A DNA stretch of 64,000 nt, from contig QPMI01000038.1 in NCBI GenBank assembly GCA_004431415.1, positions 310,001 to 374,000 of the forward strand, in the 5' to 3' direction. This document shows, one piece after another, positions 1-9,639 of the stretch. The notes under the pieces were generated by a model. It saw nothing but the letters and a program-made list of their open reading frames with translations, was not told where the DNA came from and ran no database searches. Origin of the DNA: Cyanophora paradoxa CCMP329 (Eukaryota > Plantae > Glaucophyta). How positions within the stretch are numbered: position 1 is the stretch's first letter; the number at the start of each line of letters is the position of its first letter. The translations under genes and the position numbers were made by a program.

Positions 1-43
1 CGGCCCCGCCCGCTCCGTACCAGCGCCAGCGTCCGCGGCGCAG

Positions 44-280
44 ATGGCAGCGCACATGCCGCCGCCGCGGGAAGCGGCGCAGGCGGCCCTCGCGGCGCTG
101 CTGCCGGAGCAGTCGGCCCTCGAGCGGGCGCTCCTGCTCGACGGGATGGGCACGCTCGCCAGCGTCCTCACCGCCAGCCCCGACGAGCTGCGCGATCGCA
201 CGGCGCTCGACGCCGCCGCCGCGCTGCGCATCCACAGCGCACTGAACGCAGCCCCCTTCGAATCTGAGCTCAGCGGTTGA
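44..280 (+). CDS. 3' terminal exon of a gene entering from the left; helix-hairpin-helix (HhH2)-like C-terminus as in XPF/ERCC1-family proteins
   Basis: CAG acceptor at 41-43 precedes the exon; the peptide LLLDGMGTLASVLTASPDELRDRTALDAAAALRIHSAL resembles the (HhH)2 pattern 'LL..FGSL..l..AS.eeL.....g...A..I'; TGA at 278-280 is followed by AT-richer 3' sequence. Confidence 0.45.
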   Translation: MAAHMPPPREAAQAALAALLPEQSALERALLLDGMGTLASVLTASPDELRDRTALDAAAALRIHSALNAAPFESELSG

Positions 281-621
281 CAGAGGCACATTGTTGCATT
301 GGACCAATAATACACACACACGACTGCGGAGGGCTGCGCTAGCGCTAGCGCTCTCGAATAAGGCATAGCTCCGGATCCATAGCATGATCACGATGGAGAA
401 ATAGAACAAGCATAAAAGCATAGAATAAGCGATCCAACTAGAAATTGAGTCTAGAATGTCTCTGAGAGTGCTGCGGTGTCTCAGATCCTGAGCTAATGAA
501 AAAGCATTCAGCGACGTAGGAAAAAAGCGGTTTGGGTGAGAAAAAGCGGAATCGCCGCCCGTGAAGAGCGGGAGGGGCGGAGGGGCGCTGGCCGCGCTGC
601 AGGCCCTGACAAGGCCCCGGG

Positions 622-1510
622 CTACGCCTGGAAGAGGGCTACAATGGTCCCGCTGGCGCGGCGGCCGGAGCCGCGACCGATGAGCGCGTACGCGGGCAGA
701 TCCATGCCGTCGTCGGGCAGGTCCGTCGGGCTCTCCGCCTCGGCCCGCGGCTCGAGCTGCTGCGCCGGCTGGGGCGCGGGAGGCGGGGCGGAAGGCCGGG
801 GAGGTGGGGAGGGGGACGCCGACCGCGGCGACTCCGCCGGCTGGTGGCTCGCGATCCGCAGCAGCGTCTCCAGGACGTTGGGGCGCGGGGAGCTCCCCTT
901 GGAGAGCGAGCCGGGGCGCGGGCGCGCCGGCGTGCTGGGCGCCACGGCCGCCTCGATGGCCTCGCGGGCGACGCGCGGCGGCTCGAAGAGGTGCGAGCGG
1001 TCCCCGCCGCTCGACTGCGCCTTGACGGTCGCCTGGATGGGCCCGTACTCGCCCACGAACTTGACGCCCCAGAGGCCGAGGTCGGCCCTGATCCCGTCCG
1101 TCGGATCCTCCTCAAACATGAGCTGCACAAGAAGACCGAAGGTCAGAAGTGCGCGAGGGAGAGCGCTTCGTATGCGTGGCGGTTAGATGCCGGCCGGGGG
1201 CGCTGCCGGTGCTCTGCACTCACATCCAAGCGCTTTGGGCGACGTTGTTTGCTGTTGCTGACCGGCGTCCGCCCCGGAGACTTGGATGCGGCGGGAGTGC
1301 TGTCGCCCTTTTGACCCGAGCGGCTGGACGAGGGCGGGTTGCTCTTCGCTAGAGTAGGCGAGGGAGTTCTTGCGCTCTCAAGCGGAGCGTGGGAAGCCGG
1401 GTGCACTGCCGATGCGCGGAGCACGCGGAGATCGAGGTCCAGCGACTTGCAGGCCGAGTAGTCAGAAGCGTCCGTTTCGTCCATAACTGCTAGGCACTGC
1501 TGTGCCAAGG
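622..1510 (-). CDS. Hypothetical protein, spliced; 5' end unresolved
   Basis: Last exon follows a TTCTTGTGCAG acceptor near 1122 (LMFEEDPTDGIRADLGLWGVKFVGEYGPIQATV..., then a Pro-rich tail); upstream exons unclear; no recognisable domain. Confidence 0.3.
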
Positions 1511-1873
1511 GCAAGCACGCCATTCCAATGCGTGCAGCTTGTCACACTGGCGACCGCAACTCCAAGCGGCGGGCAAGGGGAAGCGCTGCGCTGTCGAGCG
1601 GCTGCCAACTCGGCTACGATGCTCGTTTGTAAGCGTGCACGGCGACTGCACGGTGCACGCGCGTGCTCAACGCGTGCTGGCTGATGAGACCTGGCTCCGC
1701 GGGTGCTCCGTTGCTGGGGTAAGCGCGTCTTCCAAGCCGCAGAGCTCGCGATGTCGATCGAGGGCCGGGGGTACGTACGTATATATACGTACCCGGTGCT
1801 GCTTGAATTCAGAATTTTGGGCCAATTTTGACAGAAATTATAATTACCTAATAATACAAATGCATGCTTAAAT

Positions 1874-1961
1874 TCAGGCGAAGCCTCTTTCAGGCGAAGC
1901 CTCTTTCTCAAAACCAAAAACCGCCTCTTTCAGGCGAAGCCTCTTTCAGGCGAAGCCTCTT
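1874..1961 (+). repeat. Four stacked 16-bp element 5' termini (1874, 1890, 1930, 1946) with a 24-bp duplicated segment at 1906-1929
   Basis: Direct reading: (TCAGGCGAAGCCTCTT)x2 + TCTCAAAACCAAAAACCGCCTCTT + (TCAGGCGAAGCCTCTT)x2 + TCTCAAACCC... Confidence 0.95.
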
Positions 1962-3657
1962 TCTCAAACCCAAAAACCGCCGATATAAATTCCTTTTTTA
2001 ACCTTTTTTTCCACTCAAGATCCCCCCTGCTAAATAATTTCCGCGTCGCACTCCCTCGAGGACGAATTATTAATTCTGCCTCGACACGGACGCGATTGCT
2101 GCTGGTAACACAGCTCCCCGAACCCCCACAGACCTCTCTAGATCCATTTTTAGCGTCGTGGCTCCCCTAAGACGACCGCTCGCCCGTGGGCGTCGCGCGA
2201 AAATCGAATTTCCCTCTGGATCAATTCCGGTACTTAACCTCCGACAAATGCAGTCCGAGTCAGAAGGTGGGACCCGGTCCCGCCCGGTCCCGCGACGAAA
2301 TCGCGCCAGGGACGCCCCAGAACGATACAGAATGCCGCGCGAGGGCGACCGCATCGCCGCAAGCTCGATTTCGGGCGCCCTCGACGCTCCAGTGCGAAGA
2401 GTCGGCCGAAAATTTGATCCAGCCGGTCCGGCCCGGTCCCGCGACGCGCGCGATCCATGCGTACTGGCGCGCATAGACATAGCAGGGCCTGCACACCCCC
2501 GAAATCCGCTTTTCGGAGCCGGAATAGCGCAGGAAGGTACCCGACGGCAAAAATTCGATCCTAGACATGCCCGGAGATCTCTCCGCGCGCCCACGCCGCG
2601 GCGCATGCGCGCATCAATCGCATATGCATTTGAGATGTAGAAGAAGACTTCCGCACGGTCTCTAAATGCGCCGGGCCGCGAGGACCCAGCCGACCCCGAA
2701 AATTCGATCCTGGACAGATCTGCGCATCTTTCCGCGCGCCCTCGCATCGTCACGCGAGCGCATCGCTACAATATGCATTTGAGATCGTTTTAAAGCTTTC
2801 CGCGAGCTCTGCGGGCGCGACAGCGCACGACAACCCAGCCGACGCCAAAAATTCGATCCTGGCCACGCCTGCACATCTTTCCGCGCGCGCTCGCCTCCGC
2901 ATGCGCAGCGCCGCACATCGATGCTATATGCATTCGAGATTCTGTTTAAGCGATTCGCAAGCTCTGTGCATGCGCCTGGCCGCGAGAACCTCGCCCCTCC
3001 CGGGCCTCCTTCCCAACAATATTATAAAAATAAACTCCTCAAAATTCGATCCTGGACGGACCTGCACAGCTTTCCGCGCGCCCTCGCATCCTCACACGAG
3101 CGCATCGCTACAATATTCAGATGAGATTAAAGCTTTTCGCAAGCTCTGCGGGCGCGACAAGGCACGAGAACCCAGCCAACGCAAAAATTCGATCCTGAAC
3201 GGGCCTGCACAGCTTTCCGCGCGCCCTCGCCTCCGCAGCCCTGCACATTGATACTATATGCATTCGACGTTCTGTTTAAGCGATTCGCAAGCTCTGCGCA
3301 TGCGCCTGGCTGCGAGAACCTCGCCCCTCCCGGGCCTCCCCCCCAACAATATATTAATAATACTAAATTAATCCGGTTCGACTCCTCCCCTAGCGTTACC
3401 GGTTCAACTCCTCCCCTAGTTAATTATATATTCCCTCTCCTCATTACATTGCTCCCTGGCCAGCGAGCTCTCCATCGAGCTGGCTATAGCGGGCCAGCCC
3501 GGCCCATTGCCGCAGTACCACGGTGCCAAGCCGGCGAAACCCGGCCATGCAGCTGGGCGCGCGCCGGCGGGGCTGCACCTGGCCGCCTACTGTGACAGCC
3601 GCGAGGGCGTCCGCGAGGCTTCGCCGTACTTAGTGCTCCGCAGGAGCACGGATCTTG
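1962..3657 (+). mobile_element. Helitron-like body 1 (innermost copy; distinct 3' region)
   Basis: Starts TCTCAAACCC; ends with hairpin 3633-3649 and CTTG 3654-3657; internal ~149-bp sub-repeats marked by AAAATTCGATCCT. Confidence 0.8.
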
Positions 3658-5884
3658 TCTCAAAACCAAAAAGGAACGGGTCCAAATTCCTTTTTTAACC
3701 TTTTTTTCGACTCAAGATCCCCCCTGCTAAATAATTTCCGTGTCGCACCTCCTCGAGGACGAATTATTAATTCTGCCTCGACACGGACGCGATCCCTTGC
3801 TAATAACACAGCTCCCCTAACCCCTACAAACCTATCTAGAGCCATTTTTAGCGTCCTGGCTCCCCTAAGACGACCGCTCGCCCGTGGGCGTCGCGCGAAT
3901 TTCGAATTTCCCTCTGGATCAATTCCGGTACTTAACCTCCGACAAATGCAGTCCGAGTCAGAAGGTGGGACCCGGTCCCGCCCGGTCCCGCGACGAAATC
4001 GCGCCAGGGACGCCCCAGAACGATACAGAATGACGCGCGAGGGCGAGCGCATCGCCGCAAGCTCGGTTTCGGGCGCCCTCGACGCTCCAGTGCAAACAGT
4101 CGGCCGAAATTTTGATCCGGCCGGTTCCGGCCGGTCCCGCGACGCGCGCAATCGATGCGTACTAGCGCGCATAGGCATAGCAGGGCCTGCGCACCCCCGA
4201 AATCCGGTTTTCGGAGGCCGAACAGTGCAGGAAGGTACCGGACATCAAAAATTCGATCTTGCACAGGCCCGGACATCTTTCCGTGCGCCCACGCCGCGGC
4301 GCATGCGCGGAACAATAGCATAAGCATTTGAGATGTAGACAAAGCATTCCGCACGGTTTACGGATGTGCCGGGCCGCGAGGACCCAGCCGACCCCGAAAA
4401 TTCGATCCTTCACGGACCTGCACGTCTTTCCGCGCGCCCTCGCATCCTCACGCAAGCACATCGCTACTATATTCATTTGGGATTTTATCAAAGCCTTCCA
4501 CAAGCTTCGAAGACGCGAAAGAGCACGAGAACCCAGCCGGCGGCAAAAATTCGATCCTGCACGGGCCCGGACATCTTTCCGCGTGCCCACGCCGCGGTGC
4601 ATGCGCGGAACAATAGCATAAGCATTTGAGATGTAGAAGAAGCTTTCCGCACGCTTTACAGATGCGCCGGGCCGCGGGGACCCAGCCGACCCCAAAAAAC
4701 CTATCTAGAGCCATTTTTAGCGTCCTGGCTCCCCTAAGACGACCGCTCGCCCGTGGGCGTCGCGCGAATTTCGAATTTCCCTCTGGATCAATTCCGGTAC
4801 TTAACCTCCGACAAATGCAGTCCGAGTCAGAAGGTGGGACCCGGTCCCGCCCGGTCCCGCGACGAAATCGCGCCAGGGACGCCCCAGAACGATACAGAAT
4901 GACGCGCGAGGGCGAGCGCATCGCCGCAAGCTCGGTTTCGGGCGCCCTCGACGCTCCAGTGCAAACAGTCGGCCGAAATTTTGATCCGGCCGGTTCCGGC
5001 CGGTCCCGCGACGTGCGCAATCGATGCGTACTAGCGCGCATAGGCATAGCAGGGCCTGCGCACCCCCGAAATCCGGTTTTCGGAGGCCGAACAGTGCAGG
5101 AAGGTACCGGACATCAAAAATTCGATCTTGCACAGGCCCGGACATCTTTCCGTGCGCCCACGCCGCGGCGCATGCGCGGAACAATAGCATAAGCATTTGA
5201 GATGTAGACAAAGCATTCCGCACGGTTTACGGATGTGCCGGGCCGCGAGGACCCAGCCGACCCCGAAAATTCGATCCTTCACGGACCTGCACGTCTTTCC
5301 GCGCGCCCTCGCATCCTCACGCAAGCACATCGCTACTATATTCATTTGGGATTTTATCAAAGCCTTCCACAAGCTTCGAAGACGCGAAAGAGCACGAGAA
5401 CCCAGCCGGCGGCAAAAATTCGATCCTGCACGCACTGGTGGCGGCTCGTCCCGTTCAGCCCGTCAAAACACGCGTCTGAAAATGACTCAGCCGCTCGTTC
5501 AGACCGGCTGACCCAGAATGTCAGGCTTTTCCGAAGAGGCTGATTTTTTTTGTGAGCTGAGCTGAGTTCTCGCCCAGTTCAGCCCGGTCTGAACACTGTC
5601 TTCAGCCTCGGTTCAGCACCGTCTGAACAGCAAGAGTCTTATGCCGCTCGCTCAGCCCAGCCCATAGGTAGCTTGCTCTAGAGCGCTCTACGCAACCTGG
5701 GCCAGCGCTAGCTGGACTGGCCGTCAGCCAGCCAGCTTCCAGCCAGAAAGCTGTTCGCGATCGGCCAGGCCGCTGGCCAGCCTGGCAGTCGCTGAATGCC
5801 CTGTACTGTAGGCCTACTGTGACAGCCGCGAGGGCGTCCGCGAGGCTTCGCCGTACTTAGTGCTCCGCAGGAGCACGGATCTTG
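3658..5884 (+). mobile_element. Helitron-like body 2, with an 869-bp-period internal duplication and a foreign insert
   Basis: Starts TCTCAAAACC, ends CTTG 5881-5884; the segment from 3828 restarts at 4697; unrelated sequence at 5433-5699. Confidence 0.8.
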
Positions 5885-7639
5885 TCTCAAACCCAAAAAC
5901 CGCCGATGAGAATTCCTTTTTTAACCTTTTTTTCCACTCGAGATCTCCCCTGCTAAATAATTTCCGCGTCGCGCTCCCTCGAGGCAGAATTATTAATTCT
6001 GCCTCGACACGGACGCGATTGATGGACATTACACAGCTGCCCGAACCGCCACAGACCCCTCTAGATCCATTTTTAGCGTCCTGGCTCCCCTAAGACGACC
6101 GCTCGCCCGTGGGCGTCGCGCGACATCAAATTTCCCTCTGGATCAATTCCGGTACTTAACCTCCGACAAATGCAGTCCGAGTCAGAAGGTGGGACCCGGT
6201 CCCGCCCGGTCCCGCGACGAAATCGCGCCAGGGACGCCCCAGAACGATACAGAATGACGCGCGAGGGCGAGCGCAATCAAATTTCCCTCTGGATCAATTC
6301 CGGTACTTAACCTCCGACAAATGCAGTCCGAGTCAGAAGGTGGGACCCGGTCCCGCCCGGTCCCGCGACGAAATCGCGCCAGGGACGCCCCAGAACGATA
6401 CAGAATGACGCGCGAGGGCGAGCGCATCGCCGCAAGCTCGGTTTCGGGCGCCCTCGACGCTCCAGTGCAAACAGTCGGCCGAAATTTGGATCCGGCCGGT
6501 TCCGGCCGGTCCCGCGACGCGCGCAATCGATGCGTACTAGCGCGCATAGGCGTAGCAGGGCCTGCGCACCCCCGAAATGCGGTTTTCGGATGCCGAACAG
6601 TGCAGGAAGGTACCGGACATCAAAAATTCGATCTTGCACAGGCCCGGACATCTTTCCGTGCGCCCACGCCGCGGCGCATGCGCGGAACAATAGCATAAGC
6701 ATTTGAGATGTAGACAAAGCATTCCGCACGGTTTACGGATGTGCCCGGCTGCGAGGACCCAGCCGACCCCGAAAATTCGATCCTGGACAGACCTGCACAT
6801 CTTTCCGCGCGCCCTCGCATCCTCACGCACGGGCATCGCTACTATATTCATTTGGGATTTTATCAAAGCCTTCCACAAGCTTCGAAGACGCGAAAGAGCA
6901 CGAGAACCCAGCCGGCGGCAAAAATTCGATCCTGCACGGACCCGGACATCTTTCCGCGTGCCCACGCCGCGGTGCATGCGCGGAACAATAGCATAAGCAT
7001 TTGAGATGTAGAAGAAGCTTTCCGCACGCTTTACAGATGCGCCGGGCCGCGGGGACCCAGCCGACCCCAAAAATTCGATCCTGGACAGACCTGCACATCT
7101 TTCCGCGCGCCCTCGCATCCTCACGCACGGGCATCACTACAATATTCATCAGAGATGTTTTAAAAGCCTTTCGCAAGCTCTGCGAACGCAACAGGGCGCG
7201 GCAATCCAGCCGACGCAAAAATTCGATCCTGGCCACGCCTGCACATCTTTCCGCGCGCCCTCGCCTCCGCAGGCCTACACATCGATGCTATATGCATTCG
7301 AGATTCTGTTTAAGCGATTCGCGAGATCTGTGCATGCGCCTGGCCGCGAGAACCTCGCCCCTCCCGGGCCTCCTTCCCAACAATATTATATAATTAATCT
7401 CCTCTCAATCTGCTCCACCCTTTATTTTCTCAGTACATTAATATTCCTCTAGCCGGCCAGCGCTAGCTGGACTGGCCGTCAGCCAGCCAGCTTCCAGCCA
7501 GAAAGCTGTTCGCGATCGGCCAGGCCGCTGGCCAGCCTGGCAGTCGCTGAATGCCCTGTACTGTAGGCCTACTGTGACAGCCGCGAGGGCGTCCGCGAGG
7601 CTTCGCCGTACTTAGTGCTCCGCAGGAGCACGGATCTTG
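5885..7639 (+). mobile_element. Helitron-like body 3
   Basis: Starts TCTCAAACCC, ends CTTG 7636-7639; local 151-bp-period duplication at 6125/6276. Confidence 0.8.
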
Positions 7640-9400
7640 TCTCAAACCCAAAAACCGCTGATATAAATTCCTTTTTTAACCTTTTTTTCCACTCGAGATC
7701 TCCCCTGCTAAATAATTTCCGCGTCGCGCTCCCTCGAGGCAGAATTATTAATTCTGCCTCGACACGGACGCGATTGCCGCTAATGACTCAGCTACCCTAA
7801 CCCCCACAGACCTCTCTAGATCCATTTTTAGCGTCCTGGCTCCCCTAAGACGACCGCTCTCCCGTGGGCGTCGCGCGAAAATCGAATTTCCCTCTGGATC
7901 AATTCCGGTACTTAACCTCCGACAAATGCAGTCCGGGTCAGAAGGTGGGACCCGGTCCCGCCCGGTCCCGCGACGAAATCGCGCCAGGGACGCCCCAGAA
8001 CGATACAGAATGACGGGCGAGGGCGAGCGCATCGCCGCAAGCTCGATTTCGGGCGCCCTCGACGCTGCAGTCCGAACAGTAGGCCGAAATTTGATCCTCC
8101 CGGTTCCGGCCGGTCCCGCGACGCGCGCAATCGATGCGTACTGGCGCGTATAGACAAAGCAGGGCCTGCGCACCCCCGAAATCCGCTTTTCGGAGCCGGA
8201 ACAGCGCAGGAAGGTACCCGACGGCAAAAATTCGATCCCACACGGGCCCGGACATCTTTCCGCGCGCCCACGCCGCGGCGCACGCGCGGAACGATAGCAT
8301 AAGCATTTGAGATGTAGAAGAAGACTTCCGCACGGTCTCTAAATGCACCAGGCCGCGAGGACCCAGCCGACCCCGAAAATTCGATCCTGGACGGACCTGA
8401 ACATCTTTCCGCGCGCCCTCGCATTCTCGCGCATGCGCATCGCTACAATATTCATTTGAGATTTTATCAAAGCCTTCCACAAGCTTCGAAGACGCGAAAG
8501 AGCACGAGAACCCAGCGGACGGCAAAAATTCGATCCTGCACGGACCCGGACATCTTTCCGCGCGCCCACGCCGCGGCGCATGCGCGGAACAATAGCATAA
8601 GCATTTGAAATGTAGACAAAGCATTCCGCACGGTTTACGGATGCGCCGGGCCGCGAGGACCCAGCCGACCCCGAAAATTCGATCCTTCACGGACCTGCAC
8701 GTCTTTCCGCGCGCCCTCGCATCCTCACGCAAGCACATCGCTACTATATTCATTTGGGATTTTATCAAAGCCTTCCACAAGCTTCGAAGACGCGAAAGAG
8801 CACGAGAACCCAGCCGGCGGCAATAATTCGATCCTGCACGGGCCCGGACATCTTTCCGCGCGCCCACGCCGCGGTGCATGCGCAGAACAATAGCATAAGC
8901 ATTTGAGATGTAGAAGAAGCCTTCCGCACGCTTTACGGATGCGCCGGGCCGCGGGGACCCAGCCGACCCCGAAAATTCGATCCTGGACAGACCTGCACAT
9001 CTTTCCGCGCGCCCTCGCCTCCGCAGCCCTACACATCGATGCTATATGCATTCGAATTCGAGATTCTGTTTAAGCGATTCGCGAGATCTGTGCATGCGCC
9101 TGGCCGCGAGAACCTCGCCCCTCCCGGGCCTCCTTCCCAACAATATTATATAATTAATCTCCTCTCAATCTGCTCCACCCTTTATTTCCTCAGTACATTA
9201 ATATTCCTCTAGCCGGCCAGCGCTAGCTGGACTGGCCGTCAGCCAGCCAGCTTCCAGCCAGAAAGCTGTTCGCGATCGGCCAGGCCGCTGGCCAGCCTGG
9301 CAGTCGGTGAGTGCCCTGTAGGCCTACTGTGACAGCCGCGAGCTCGAGGGCGTCCGCGAGGCTTCGCCGTACTTAGTGCTCCGCAGGAGCACGGATCTTG
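7640..9400 (+). mobile_element. Helitron-like body 4 (outermost copy)
   Basis: Starts TCTCAAACCC, ends CTTG 9397-9400, followed by host T; expanded ~298-bp dimer sub-repeats. Confidence 0.8.
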
Positions 9401-9639
9401 TAACTGAAAATCAGGTTTTTGTGAGAATATTGTGTGAATTTGTGTACAATACGTCCGAAATAGCTAATTCTGAAAATCGAGGATGTATAGAACTTCTAGC
9501 CAGGTTGACATGTACAGGTTGACATGTACAGGCAGCTAGGAAGAACTGCGGGACGCTGACAGGGGTCGACGCAGACGAAGGGATCGGAGGAGGGGGGCCA
9601 CGCAGGGGGCGCGGCGCCGGGGTGGGCTCGGGGCCGTGG

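Larger units (their letters stand above)
1874..9400 (+). mobile_element. Nested stack of four non-autonomous Helitron2/Helentron-like rolling-circle elements
   Basis: The 5' end TCAGGCGAAGCCTCTT carries an AGGC-GAA-GCCT hairpin, and its GGCGAAGCCTC is the reverse complement of the 3' subterminal GAGGCTTCGCC (asymmetric TIR). Each body ends with the hairpin GTGCTCC-GCA-GGAGCAC plus GGATCTTG. Flanks AAAT|TAAC give a T^T target with no TSD. No Rep/helicase ORF. Confidence 0.8.

Noticed and set aside
2070-9051. Many 100-300 aa ORFs recurring across the Helitron stack
   Set aside because: They recur only because the DNA is repeated; no HUH Rep or helicase motifs, and frames break between copies
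1874-9400. CRISPR array or simple head-to-tail satellite interpretation
   Set aside because: No constant short repeat with unique spacers and no cas genes; terminal hairpins, asymmetric TIRs and stacked heads fit nested rolling-circle elements better
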